A stretch of DNA of 32,000 nucleotides, taken from contig NZ_CP097762.1 of the NCBI RefSeq assembly GCF_023585745.1, positions 450,001-482,000 on the forward strand, given 5' to 3'. The position numbers and the translations under genes are program-made. This DNA comes from Candidatus Saccharimonadota bacterium (GTDB lineage: Bacteria > Pseudomonadota > Gammaproteobacteria > Enterobacterales > Enterobacteriaceae). Numbering within the stretch: position 1 is the stretch's first letter; each line of letters starts with the position of its first letter. The notes beneath the pieces were generated by a model. That model had not been told where the DNA came from and ran no database searches. It saw nothing but the letters and a program-made list of their open reading frames with translations. Shown here piece after piece: positions 1 through 10,220 of this stretch.

Positions 1-515
1 AATTAGGCGCAAGAATTTTAGGCACACTGAATCCAGGAATAGGCGTATATCGTCCTAATGACAACCCATTATTAGATTGGATACAAACTAAAGGAAGATT
101 AAGATCTAATAAAAAAATGTTAATCTGCACCAATGTTACAGGTATGATTAAAGCCTTAAAAAATGGCGAAATAGTCTGGTACGCGCCAGACCACGACTAT
201 GGACGAAAAAACAGTGTTTTTGTACCATTATTTGCTGTACCAAAAGCAGCTAGTACTATAGGAACTTATATTCTGACTAAAATCGCAAAACCGGCGCTTA
301 TCCCGTTTATAGCCCGTAGACTACCAAATTCTTTTGGATATGAATTAATTATTTTCCCAAATAAAAAAAACGAAGTTCCCCTAAACACCAGTACCGACAT
401 GATCAAATATATAAATAAAATAATAGAACAAATAATATTACTAGCTCCCGACCAATACATGTGGCTACATCGTAGATTTAAAACGCGACCACCTGGAGAA
501 CCATACTTATACTAA
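1..515 (+). CDS. lpxL: Lipid A biosynthesis lauroyl acyltransferase (LpxL/HtrB family), 3' part; the 5' end lies upstream of the window
   Basis: The frame is open from the window edge (codon phase of nt 3) to TAA at 513-515. The translation LGARILGTLNPGIGVYRPNDNPLLDWIQTKGRLRSNKKM...GEIVWYAPDHDYGRKNSVFVPLFAV...APDQYMWLHRRFKTRPPGEPYLY aligns by eye with E. coli LpxL motifs (YRPHNN..MEWVQTRGRMRSNK, AVWFAPDQDYG, PEQYLWIHRRFKTRP). The ORF-track start at 117 is an internal Met. It fits LpxL better than LpxM as far as I recall those sequences. Confidence 0.8.
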   Translation, partial: LGARILGTLNPGIGVYRPNDNPLLDWIQTKGRLRSNKKMLICTNVTGMIKALKNGEIVWYAPDHDYGRKNSVFVPLFAVPKAASTIGTYILTKIAKPALIPFIARRLPNSFGYELIIFPNKKNEVPLNTSTDMIKYINKIIEQIILLAPDQYMWLHRRFKTRPPGEPYLY

Positions 516-1242
516 TAGTATAATACACGACCCGTTACTATTAATACAGTTATTATTCAATTATTCAAATACATAACGCGCCCATTGTTTAACAAAAACA
601 ATTTATAAACTTATTATAATACAATATTGTATTGTATTTTTGTTATTTCACTCTGTAAATTTACATAAAACAATTTATTGTATAATTTTTAATACCCAAC
701 ATCCGTGCTAAATTAAAACAACAATTAATATTGTTATATAGTTTATTAATAAAATAAACTTATTTTAAATGCATAAACCATGCCCTAATTTAGGATTAAG
801 CATAACTTTATATTATATAAAGCATAATAAAATTATTTAAGTAATATACGAAAATACAAATTAAAAATATATATATACTCTATATAACACTAATTATAAT
901 AATTAATATTATATGTAGTTATCCTTCATATATAATTACTTATAGGTAACCTAAAAATAATGATAGATTCATCGAAAAAATATAATAATTTCTATTTAAA
1001 AATAACCAATTTTCCCAGAATGCTTTGCGAACAAATTTACAGAAGATATAATAAATAATATATTAACGTCACCAAACCAAGATTAGTATATCTTTCAAGA
1101 CCAAAAAATACAATTAACTATTCCACGTCAATTAAGTGATTCTGCCTAACACACCACACATAGATATTATTAATAATACTTAAAATACGATTAATCATAC
1201 TTTTATCCTAAAACAGATCATTCCATTATAGTATTACCCATA

Positions 1243-1275
1243 ACAATCGGTACGATTAAAAATCGTACCGATTGT
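1243..1275. repeat. Isolated perfect inverted repeat: 15-bp stem (6 G:C pairs) with a 3-nt loop, in a gene-free spacer
   Basis: ACAATCGGTACGATT-AAA-AATCGTACCGATTGT. I checked every pair from 1243:1275 to 1257:1261. No U/T tract follows on either strand. Confidence 0.7.
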
Positions 1276-1939
1276 ATTGTCACACCTTAATAAAACATAA
1301 ACAATCCAGTTGGATGCTCATTAAAATATGCGTAATGAATATCTAAAACATAAAAAATATTGACTAAAATATTTTCATTAGCACCTAATAAATTCCATGG
1401 GCTGATATATATATTGTATTGTGCCTACACAATAATTTTGCTATTCACAAAACTAATTGTAGTTTTAGAATTAGACCAAGAGTTATAAGAGAGTGTATCA
1501 AATTACATCCAAAGAACATCAAATTATTTTTAATATTAATAAAATTAGAACAAAAGTGCGATTTATCAATGCACCTATGATACCTATTATCATATAATTA
1601 AATCAGATGACATATAATATCTAGAAATCCACAGTTCTTATCTTATACAAAACACAAATATTTTTTCAAATGAAAGAATAAAAAAATACTTAAAAAATAA
1701 AATCAACTGTACAAGTTGGTACACACATCAACTATAATAATATATTTAAAAAATGCACAACAACGTTCTGGAATCCTGTCAACATTACTTCAAAAAACTT
1801 AGAAAAATAATTCAATCATATTAATGACTTAACAATCAGTTATATTTAAAATTTATAATAATTAAAATGAACAGTCCACTACTATATCTATATATAAAAA
1901 TACTCATGCACATAAAATAAGTCGCAATTACCTATTTAT

Positions 1940-2022
1940 TACCCGGGACGAGACTTGAACTCGTATAGCAAAAAGCTGAGGGATTTTAAGTCCCTTGTGT
2001 CTACCAATTCCACCACCCGGGC
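1940..2022 (-). tRNA. leuZ: tRNA-Leu (anticodon UAA)
   Basis: The minus strand reads GCCCGGGTGGTGGAATTGGTAGACACAAGGGACTTAAAATCCC...long variable arm...ACGAGTTCAAGTCTCGTCCCGGGTA. The anticodon loop is CT-TAA-AA, it is a class II tRNA with a long variable arm, and the acceptor is GCCCGGG/CCCGGGT. The architecture is close to E. coli leuZ, and it sits downstream of pgsA and cysT as in E. coli. No 3' CCA is encoded. Confidence 0.93.
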
Positions 2023-2073
2023 TTTAAAATAAATGCTTCAATAAAATTTACATATAATATACCTTATTTATTA

Positions 2074-2145
2074 AGGCGCGCCTCGGAATTGAACCGAGCT
2101 AAACGGATTTGCAATCCGCTACATAATCCAATCTGTCAACGCGCC
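2074..2145 (-). tRNA. cysT: tRNA-Cys (anticodon GCA)
   Basis: The minus strand reads GGCGCGTTGACAGATTGGATTATGTAGCGGATTGCAAATCCGTTTAGCTCGGTTCAATTCCGAGGCGCGCCT. It closely resembles E. coli cysT and has anticodon loop T-GCA-A. No 3' CCA is encoded. Confidence 0.93.
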
Positions 2146-2639
2146 TCATTTTTATCCATTTATTGTAGCATTCATTATTAATGCTATAATAATATATACA
2201 AACAATCAATTAAATTTGCAATCATTCATCATGATTCCAAAATTACATATTAAATATTAATTTATTATTTATCCAAATAAAAAAATAAAAACACACTCTA
2301 ATAAAATTTAAAACTATAATAAATCATATTAATAATAAGACTTTATTTTTAATAAAATAACTAAAAATACAATCTCAATATATAAATACGATATACAATT
2401 AATATATACCGATTCACTTAAAGTACACATAAAAATTAATGCACTAAAAAATAACAAAACATAAAACAAAACTTATTTTACTGTAATAAATAAAAAATGT
2501 CTTTATAATACTAATATAAAACGTATAACTCTTAAACAAATATCATAGTATATATACAATTGATTAAAAAAATACTTAGCATACTGACGAACACAGCTAA
2601 TTAACATATATAACATATAATAACGTAAGATCTCAGAAA

Positions 2640-3206
2640 TTAACAACGCAAAAATAATTTATGACGAGCAGTATACATATACATAATCATCGACCAAAAA
2701 GTCAATAACACTGCTACATACAACGCTACAATGCCAGTAGTTATTATCCAAATATCAGGGCTCCATAGTAAAGCGGTTAATGCTAACATCTGAACGCATG
2801 TCTTAATTTTGCTAACATAAGATACTTCAATTCTTTTATTATTAATACTAATCTCGGCAACCCACTCACGTAAAGCTAATACAATAACTTCACGAATAAT
2901 CATACCTGACACAGGTAATGTGACCCACCACACATGAAAATTTTCTTCTATTAACACTAAAGCTGTAACTATCATAACTTTATCTACAACTGGATCTAAA
3001 AATCCACCAAATCTAGTAATCTGATTCAAACGACGCGCTAAAAACCCATCTATCCAATCTGTAATTGCTGCAATAAAAAAAATAATAGTACAAACCATTG
3101 GAGCCCAACACATAGGTAAATAAAAAACTGTAGTAAAACAAGGCACCATAATTAAACGAAACAAGGTCAAATACGTCGGGATGTTAATGACATCTGTAAT
3201 AAACAT
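2640..3206 (-). CDS. pgsA: CDP-diacylglycerol--glycerol-3-phosphate 3-phosphatidyltransferase (phosphatidylglycerophosphate synthase)
   Basis: The 188-aa ORF aligns by eye over its full length with E. coli PgsA (NIPTLLTLFR, DWFDGFLARR, TRFGAFLDPVADK, WWVTLP, REW). The CDP-alcohol phosphotransferase motif D-x2-DG-x2-AR...G-x3-D-x3-D is present as [10 protein letters not shown]...[10 protein letters not shown]. Confidence 0.95.
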   Translation of the reverse strand: MFITDVINIPTYLTLFRLIMVPCFTTVFYLPMCWAPMVCTIIFFIAAITDWIDGFLARRLNQITRFGGFLDPVVDKVMIVTALVLIEENFHVWWVTLPVSGMIIREVIVLALREWVAEISINNKRIEVSYVSKIKTCVQMLALTALLWSPDIWIITTGIVALYVAVLLTFWSMIMYMYTARHKLFLRC

Positions 3207-3637
3207 AAAAATTACTTAAAGTTATAACTTTACTAATTTTAATAAAATTAAATTGTTTAAAAAATATTATCAAGCATATTTAAATCATTTACATAATACT
3301 ACTGCAATATATATTGCATATTTTACAATAAAATTGTAATATCATATTTGTGCCAAAATTTTACACCTGTTTTGATATAAAATAATCAAACCAAATAAAA
3401 AAATATGCTATCCTATACTGAATTATTAAAAATAAACCAATATTTAAACATAAAATCAACACTGATTGCAATATATCAACAATAATAACAATATATACTG
3501 AAATTCTATTAAAAATTACAATCAACTATTAGCATTAAATGAACTATTTATACAAAAATATTTTTATACTAAAAATTAATAAAGCAAATAAATCTGATAT
3601 AAATCTTATATAAATACTTACCTATTAACGACAAATC

Positions 3638-3710
<73 letters not shown>

Positions 3711-4048
3711 AATACTTTTTCATAAACAACCCTTGTTTAATTACAAAATAAAAAAATAATTAAATATAAAATACATCATTAATTAACATCTAATTTTATT
3801 AGATATATATAAAATGATCTGTTATACACAAAAATAATTTTTGCGATAAATTATTTTATAAAATTTATTCACAAAAAGTTACATAACTAAAACTATGTAA
3901 TAGTTACAAACGCTATATACATATATCTAATTTTGCAATATTGCTAAAAATATCTATTTTATACCCATATAAACAAAAATAAAACTATTTTTATACATCC
4001 TACACATATAAATAAAAGCTATTAAATTCTAAAAATCTTATTAAAAAT

Positions 4049-4135
4049 AGGAGGAGTAGAGATTCGAACTCTAGAATGCTAAAAAACATTATTGGTTTTC
4101 AAAACCAACGCCTTAAGCCACTCGGCCACTCCTCC
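4049..4135 (-). tRNA. serT: tRNA-Ser (anticodon UGA)
   Basis: The minus strand reads GGAGGAGTGGCCGAGTGGCTTAAGGCGTTGGTTTTGAAAACCAA...long variable arm...TAGAGTTCGAATCTCTACTCCTCC(T). The anticodon loop is TT-TGA-AA and the architecture matches E. coli serT. It sits near hspQ, consistent with E. coli synteny. No 3' CCA is encoded, and the discriminator appears to be U. Confidence 0.9.
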
Positions 4136-4811
4136 AAATATTGAAATACACATCAATACTTACAATAATAATATATTATTATATTATTGATATCCCTAAT
4201 GTAATTAAAACTATAAAACCAACCCTCTTCTCATGCACTTAATAAAAATGTAATCACATATAATACTATTATACGCTCCCAATTTTAGAAAAATCTACAT
4301 ATTAAATAATGAATATTAACAATAATACTTATGCATGTAAGTACAACAAATTATTTATAAAAACATCTATATCATACAAGATTTTTATAAAAACCCAATG
4401 CAAGATTACGCTAACATCTAAAAATATTTAATATGCATTAAAACAACACACAAATATTATAAATAACATTTGTTATACAATTAGAATAATCTTCTATTAT
4501 CTATACTAACAAATTATATATTCTATGCAAACATGCTACATGCTATTTAATATGACTCAAAATATTTGATGACTAAAAAATATCATCATACTTAAATAAA
4601 AAATCAAGAAACAATTAATATTTATACATCTTTTCTCTTTAAATCATAATAAAATTACTAAATTTCCTAATAGATTAAGCTTAAAAATTTAAATATACTT
4701 TATGTTATATAACGATAATTAATATAGTTATGCTGCATTATAAAAACATATATAAATATATTGTATTAAATAATTTAATATATGTTAATAACGCTATTTA
4801 TTAACACATTG

Positions 4812-4840
4812 CCCTTGATTTTGTAATCTTCTCCCACATC
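4812..4840 (+). promoter_or_regulatory. Candidate sigma32 (heat-shock) type promoter upstream of hspQ
   Basis: CCCTTGAT (4812-4819) is followed by a 12-13 nt spacer and then TCCCACATC (4832-4840). The sigma32 consensus is CCCTTGAA - 13-15 nt - CCCCATNTA. This is the only GC-rich patch in a 739-nt AT-rich spacer, and it ends 35 nt before the hspQ ATG. The match is by eye, and the -10 element and spacing are imperfect. Confidence 0.35.
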
Positions 4841-4874
4841 TCACTCTAGAGTGCAATCCACACATGAGGTATTT

Positions 4875-5192
4875 ATGATATTAAGCAAATTCAGTATAGG
4901 ACAACAAGTACGACATAAATTACTAGGCTACTTAGGTGTTATAATAGATGTTGATCCAGAATACTCTTTAGATAAACCTATGTTAGACGAAATTACCAAA
5001 AATGATTCTTTAAAAAAATCTCCGTGGTACCATGTTGTTATGGAAGATGAAGAAGGTAAACCGATACATACTTATTTAGCAGAAGCGCAACTAGGATACG
5101 AAAATACTCATATGCATTTAGAAAAGACAACTCTTGACGAGCTATCTGAGTCTATTCGTTTGCAACTTCAAACACCAAGATTAAGAAATTAA
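4875..5192 (+). CDS. hspQ: Heat shock protein HspQ (YccV, hemimethylated-DNA-binding family)
   Basis: [32 protein letters not shown]...[24 protein letters not shown]...QTPRLRN aligns end to end with E. coli HspQ ([32 protein letters not shown]...APRLRN). I chose the start at ATG 4875, which has GAGG 5 nt upstream. The ORF-track start at GTG 4851 adds 8 residues with no counterpart in the homologue. Confidence 0.93.
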   Translation: MILSKFSIGQQVRHKLLGYLGVIIDVDPEYSLDKPMLDEITKNDSLKKSPWYHVVMEDEEGKPIHTYLAEAQLGYENTHMHLEKTTLDELSESIRLQLQTPRLRN

Positions 5193-5763
5193 TCTTAAAA
5201 CATATAAAAACTTATATTGTCATAACAGTACAATCAAGTAACTAATTAAATCCTTTTAATTACATGATAACAACAAATAAAAATTAAATTAATGCAATTA
5301 TATATCTCAGCACAGCAATAAAATACAAACATTGAAGTTGTCTATTATAATATTATTAAATAATATATCAAGTTAACATACTTATTATTATTCTATTTAT
5401 AAGACGCCTATTGACTTAATAAATTCATATCTTTTGTATACAGATAAAATCTGTAATTACATATTATCCAACCTCATAGAAAATACTATTACCGAAAAAT
5501 ATTCAAATATATTATATTTTGCGTGAACACTATTCCGTGAATAAAATATATTAATTCATAGTATAAAAAACTTATATAAAAATTTAGAGATAAATCAATA
5601 TTCTTATATGTATGCAAATACATCATATGAAAAATACAATTTTTAATTAGAAATATAGAATACTTTGATAAACAACTAATTCATAATGTTAAAATATTAA
5701 CAATATCTAAATATCTAATAATTTTATTAAAAACATAAATAAAAAAATTCGGGAAAATATATT

Positions 5764-6282
5764 ATGCTTAGTAAACGTGAATTTTACACTAAAGAAGATC
5801 TATTAGCCTCTAGTAGAGGTGAGCTATTTGGGAAAAATGGCCCTACACTACCAGCACCTAATATGCTAATGATGGACAGAATTATAAAAATGACTAGAAA
5901 CGGAGGTAATTATAATAAAGGATTTATAGAAGCAGAATTAGATATTAACTCAAACATGTGGTTTTTTCATTGTCATTTTATAAAAGATCCTGTTATGCCA
6001 GGATGTTTGGGGTTAGATGCGATGTGGCAACTAGTAGGGTTCTATTTAGGTTGGTTAGGGGGTCAAGGAAAAGGACGAGCGTTAGGAGTAAAAGAAGTAA
6101 AATTTACTGGTCAAATTTTACCTACATCTAAAAAAGTGACTTATTTTATTCATTTAAGAAAAGTAATTAATAGAAAATTAACTATGGGAACAGCCGATGG
6201 CGAAGTGTCATGTGATGGAAAAACTATCTATACTGCTACTGATTTAAAAGTCGGATTATTCAATAAAATAACAGCATTTTAA
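5764..6282 (+). CDS. fabA: 3-hydroxydecanoyl-[ACP] dehydratase / trans-2-decenoyl-ACP isomerase
   Basis: The 172-aa ORF is a full-length near match to E. coli FabA ([73 protein letters not shown]). The active-site His (FFHCHF) and Asp (GLDAMWQ) contexts are present. Confidence 0.97.
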   Translation: MLSKREFYTKEDLLASSRGELFGKNGPTLPAPNMLMMDRIIKMTRNGGNYNKGFIEAELDINSNMWFFHCHFIKDPVMPGCLGLDAMWQLVGFYLGWLGGQGKGRALGVKEVKFTGQILPTSKKVTYFIHLRKVINRKLTMGTADGEVSCDGKTIYTATDLKVGLFNKITAF

Positions 6283-6495
6283 ATTTTCAAATAATACACA
6301 ATATTTGTGTATCCATAAAACACATATCCACTCCAATACTATATTTTGAGCCAAACTGCATAATATTTCATTATACATATGAAATATTATGAAATAAACA
6401 ACATATTTACTACCATAATTAATACATTTATACTAATAATGTAAAATTATTACAGTTATTTTTAATAACACAATACATTTAAACTAAATTTAATC

Positions 6496-6534
6496 TCTGC
6501 GATTTACAACGCAGAATTCTTCTGATCAGAAGAA
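6496..6534. repeat. Two adjacent stem-loops / palindromes in the fabA-asnS spacer
   Basis: Hairpin A is TCTGCG-ATTTACAA-CGCAGA (6496-6515; 6 bp, 4 G:C). One nt later comes the perfect 18-nt palindrome TTCTTCTGATCAGAAGAA (6517-6534). Both are markedly more GC-rich than the surrounding spacer. Confidence 0.6.
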
Positions 6535-6625
6535 ATATACATTCTTATAAACAGAATTAGATTCTAATAAAATTTGCATAACTCAATAAAATATCATTAA
6601 TTTAAATATAATTGGAGATCACGAT

Positions 6626-8038
6626 ATGTATGTAGTGTCAGTAGCAGATGTATTATACGGCTACGTATCAAAAAATACCGAAATTACCATAAACGGTTGG
6701 ATCCGTACCAAAAGAAATTCTAAAGCTAAAATTTCTTTTCTTGATTTATATGATGGTTCTTGCCTTGCCTCATTACAAATTATAGCAAACCATAATTTAC
6801 ACAATTACAGTAACGAAATATCACGTGTAACTAGTGGTTGTTCCGTCACAATTATTGGAACAATAATTGAATCTTTAGGAACAAAACAACATGTAGAAGT
6901 AATCGCAAAAAACATCACAATTTTAGGATGGATAGAAAATCCTAGCACTTATCCTATAACTGCCAAACATCATACTATGCAATATTTACGAGAAGTTTCT
7001 CACCTAAGACCACGAACTAACATTATCGGAATAATTTCTCGAGTAAGAGATACGTTATCTCATGCTATTCATAAATTTATGAATAAACATAAATTTATTT
7101 GGATTCCCACTCCTATAATTACTTCCTCTGATACTGAAGGCATAGGAAAAATGTTTTGCGTATCTACAGAAAAAACAAAAAAAAATATTAATTGTTCAAA
7201 AAACGAAGAAAAAATCAAAAAATATTGTCCATATGATTTCTTTGGAAAAGAAGCATTTTTAACAGTATCAGGCCAATTAAACGCAGAAGCTTACGCTTGC
7301 GCTTTATCAAAAGTGTATACTTTTGGCCCAACATTTAGAGCGGAATACTCAAACACTAATCGTCATTTAGCTGAATTCTGGATGGTAGAGCCAGAAGCAG
7401 CATTTGTTAATTTAAACGAAATTATTATTTTAGCCGAATCTTTTCTGAAAAATGTCATTAAAACCATTTTAGAAAAATGTTCAGATGATTTAAAATATAT
7501 CGCAAATCACATAGATAGTGACATCATATCTCGTTTAGAAAATTTCATTAACACTAGTTTTATACACATTGAATATACTGAAGCAATTAATTTATTAAAA
7601 AAATCCCATAAAAAATTCAAAAATTCAATATATTGGGGATCTGATTTATTTTCTGAACATGAAAAATATCTGTCAGAAAAATATTTCAACGCACCTGTAG
7701 TTATAAAAAATTATCCAAAAAAAATCAAAGCTTTTTATATGCGTTTAAATAAAGATAATAAAACGGTTGCTTCTATGGATATTTTAGTACCTGGAATTGG
7801 CGAAATCATTGGAGGTTCACAAAGAGAAGAAAGACTATCAAATTTAGATGAAAGACTGCGAGAAAATAATTTAACACAAGAAAATTATTGGTGGTATCGT
7901 GATTTAAGACGTTATGGAACAGTGCCTCATTCAGGATTTGGGTTAGGTCTAGAAAGACTAATACTATATATAACTGGAGTAAAAAATATCCGAGATGTTA
8001 TTCCATTTCCCAGATCCACAAAAAATATTAATTTTTAA
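6626..8038 (+). CDS. asnS: Asparagine--tRNA ligase
   Basis: The 470-aa ORF aligns by eye over its full length with E. coli AsnS ([126 protein letters not shown]). GGAG sits 8 nt upstream of the ATG. Confidence 0.97.
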   Translation: MYVVSVADVLYGYVSKNTEITINGWIRTKRNSKAKISFLDLYDGSCLASLQIIANHNLHNYSNEISRVTSGCSVTIIGTIIESLGTKQHVEVIAKNITILGWIENPSTYPITAKHHTMQYLREVSHLRPRTNIIGIISRVRDTLSHAIHKFMNKHKFIWIPTPIITSSDTEGIGKMFCVSTEKTKKNINCSKNEEKIKKYCPYDFFGKEAFLTVSGQLNAEAYACALSKVYTFGPTFRAEYSNTNRHLAEFWMVEPEAAFVNLNEIIILAESFLKNVIKTILEKCSDDLKYIANHIDSDIISRLENFINTSFIHIEYTEAINLLKKSHKKFKNSIYWGSDLFSEHEKYLSEKYFNAPVVIKNYPKKIKAFYMRLNKDNKTVASMDILVPGIGEIIGGSQREERLSNLDERLRENNLTQENYWWYRDLRRYGTVPHSGFGLGLERLILYITGVKNIRDVIPFPRSTKNINF

Positions 8039-8251
8039 TAAAAAATATTAAATATTTATTTTTTTATATGTATTATACATAATATTAATTTTAAAAATTA
8101 AACTATTTTTTTATAAAACTCTATCAAAATTATTATTTTGATAATTTTTAATTTTAAATTAAAATATTTATATAAATAATTGGCAAATAATAATAGTTTT
8201 GATATATATAAAATATTTTATATCACAATTACAATATATAAGGTTTATACT

Positions 8252-9451
8252 ATGTTTAAATTTATTAAAATGGCTCCTGCTGATCCTATTCTAGGTTTAT
8301 CAGAAATTTATGATAATGATGTAAGAGAAGACAAAATTAATCTGGGTATAGGAGTATACATACATAAAAATAATAATGCTCCTATCTTAAATAGTGTAAA
8401 AAAAGCAGAAGAATGGCTTTTAAAACATGAAACTAGTAAAAATTATCTTAATATAGAAGGAATGCAAACTTTTAATACCGCTACACAAGATCTATTGTTT
8501 CAGGATATACACCACCAAGTCATCGTACCAAAACAGTATATGAACACAGTTCAGACCCCTGGCGGAACAGGCGCGTTACGAATAGCAGCAGAATTTATTA
8601 TAAGCAACACCAATACCAAACGTATTTGGATTAGTTCTCCAAGCTGGATTAATCATAAAAATATATTTCTTGCTGCAGGTTTAGAAATACACACTTACCC
8701 TTACTACGATGATATAACTGATACATTAAATTTTGATGAATTATATTCATCCTTGAAAAATATTCAATCAAACGATATTGTATTATTCCATGGATGTTGT
8801 CACAATCCTACAGGTATTGATTTAAATGCTGAACAATGGGAAATTATATCAGATCTATCAATAAAAAATAAATGGCTACCTTTATTTGATATAGCTTACC
8901 AAGGTTTTTCCTGTGGAATAAAAGAAGATCTTAAAGGATTATATATTTTCTGTAAAAAAAATATAGAACTAATAGTATGTAATTCTTATTCAAAAAATTT
9001 TGGATTATATAATGAACGTATTGGTGCTTGCACCATTGTAACTAATAATACTAAAAAAACAACTCATATATTAAGCCAACTACGAGCTATTATCAGAGCT
9101 AATTATTCTAATCCTCCAGCACATGGAGCATCCATAGTATCACTCATTTTAAATAATAAAATATTAAAATACGAATGGGAAACCGAACTAAATAATATGA
9201 GAATGCATATCAATAATATACGAAAATTATTTTTTTATACTTTACAAAAAAATAATAACAACAAAAAAGATTTCAGTTTTATTAATAATCAAACTGGAAT
9301 GTTTGCATATCTCAACTTGAATACAGACCAAGTAATAAAATTAAGAAAAGAATTTGGAATATATTTAGTAGGTTCTGGTCGAATTAACCTAGCTGGAATA
9401 ACTAATGAAAATGTAAACCGTGTATGCCAGTCAATTATAAATGTTTTATAA
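8252..9451 (+). CDS. aspC: Aspartate aminotransferase
   Basis: MFKFIKMAPADPILGL...INLGIGVY...TPGGTGALR..A.F...FHGCCHNPTGID...SYSKNFGLYNERIGAC...IRANYSNPPAHGA aligns with E. coli AspC from its Met1 (MFENITAAPADPILGL). The start is set at ATG 8252, with AAGG at 8240-8243. The ORF-track TTG start at 8180 adds 24 low-complexity residues. The PLP-Lys context SYSKNFG is present. Confidence 0.95.
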   Translation: MFKFIKMAPADPILGLSEIYDNDVREDKINLGIGVYIHKNNNAPILNSVKKAEEWLLKHETSKNYLNIEGMQTFNTATQDLLFQDIHHQVIVPKQYMNTVQTPGGTGALRIAAEFIISNTNTKRIWISSPSWINHKNIFLAAGLEIHTYPYYDDITDTLNFDELYSSLKNIQSNDIVLFHGCCHNPTGIDLNAEQWEIISDLSIKNKWLPLFDIAYQGFSCGIKEDLKGLYIFCKKNIELIVCNSYSKNFGLYNERIGACTIVTNNTKKTTHILSQLRAIIRANYSNPPAHGASIVSLILNNKILKYEWETELNNMRMHINNIRKLFFYTLQKNNNNKKDFSFINNQTGMFAYLNLNTDQVIKLRKEFGIYLVGSGRINLAGITNENVNRVCQSIINVL

Positions 9452-9578
9452 AGTATCATCGACTATTTAGAAATAAAATATCTTATATCTATACAAGATA
9501 ATCGATGACGTTCACTATATAAAATATGATTACATATTACTTTTATATGTAATATGTATTACGAGCCTTTTTAAAAAA

Positions 9579-10220
9579 TCACACGATAAAACTATTATGT
9601 ACTCGTTCATCTCCTAAAGTTGATATAGCACCATGACCGGGTAAAAACATAATATCATCACCTAATGTAAATAACTTATTCTTAATAGAACTCATTAAAA
9701 TCTTAAAATCCCCCCCGGGTAAATCTGTTCTACCAACACTATTTTTAAATAAAACATCACCCATAACTATAAATTTTTGCATTTTATTCCAATAAACTAT
9801 ATGCCCTGGAGAATGCCCAGGACAATGCAATACATATAATACCTCACGTCCAATATGAATTTCATCCCCATCGTCTAACCAAATATCCGGAGAAACTGAA
9901 ACCTTCATGCTATATGGAAAGGGTATACCTAGCGCATTACATTGAGTACGCAAATCATTCAATAATAATCGGTCCGCTTGATTAGGACCAAAGATTAAAA
10001 CATTATAATAATGCTTTAATTCCATTGCACAACCAACATGGTCAACATGACCATGCGTCAATAAAATTTTGCTAATTTTAATTTCTAATGTATTTATTTT
10101 ATTTACTAATTTATCAAAATTTCCTCCAGGATCAACTATAGCGGCTTCACGGGTTACATCACACCAAATTATCGAACAGTTTTGCTTAAAACAAGTAACT
10201 TGTATAATACAATATTGCAT
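9579..10220 (-). CDS. gloC: Metallo-beta-lactamase fold hydrolase, YcbL/GloC-type hydroxyacylglutathione hydrolase
   Basis: The 213-aa ORF aligns with E. coli YcbL (M.Y.II.VT.F.QNCS.IWC..TR.AA.VDPGG, ILLTHGH.DHVG, VLHCPGH.PGH.V, GD..FK..VGR.D.PGGD, LGDD..F.PGHG..STLG.ER.HN.F). The HxHxDH metal motif is present. It is convergent with aspC, as in E. coli. Confidence 0.88.
   Translation of the reverse strand: MQYCIIQVTCFKQNCSIIWCDVTREAAIVDPGGNFDKLVNKINTLEIKISKILLTHGHVDHVGCAMELKHYYNVLIFGPNQADRLLLNDLRTQCNALGIPFPYSMKVSVSPDIWLDDGDEIHIGREVLYVLHCPGHSPGHIVYWNKMQKFIVMGDVLFKNSVGRTDLPGGDFKILMSSIKNKLFTLGDDIMFLPGHGAISTLGDERVHNSFIV

Noticed and set aside
1625-1633. A DnaA-box-like 9-mer, AAATCCACA. Similar weak matches lie near 6311-6345.
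   Set aside because: These are single, imperfect boxes (7 of 9 positions) with no cluster, no adjacent AT-rich 13-mer array distinguishable from background, no dnaA/gidA context, and no skew switch. They do not indicate an origin.
4851-4874. N-terminal extensions implied by the longest-ORF starts for hspQ (4851), aspC (8180), fabI (11264) and gapA (30805).
   Set aside because: In each case an internal ATG aligns exactly with Met1 of the E. coli orthologue and has a GGAG/AGGA-type SD 5-9 nt upstream. The extensions begin at GTG or TTG and translate to low-complexity sequence.
9529-9553. AT-rich hairpins downstream of genes that could be terminators: 9529-9553 (aspC/gloC convergent gap), 13200-13220 (after ribA), 28487-28503 (after xthA) and 6359-6391 (after fabA).
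   Set aside because: The stems are 7-13 bp, almost entirely A:T, with no U-tract. Inverted repeats of this size are expected by chance in spacers of this composition, so I do not call them as features. Term-seq would settle the question.
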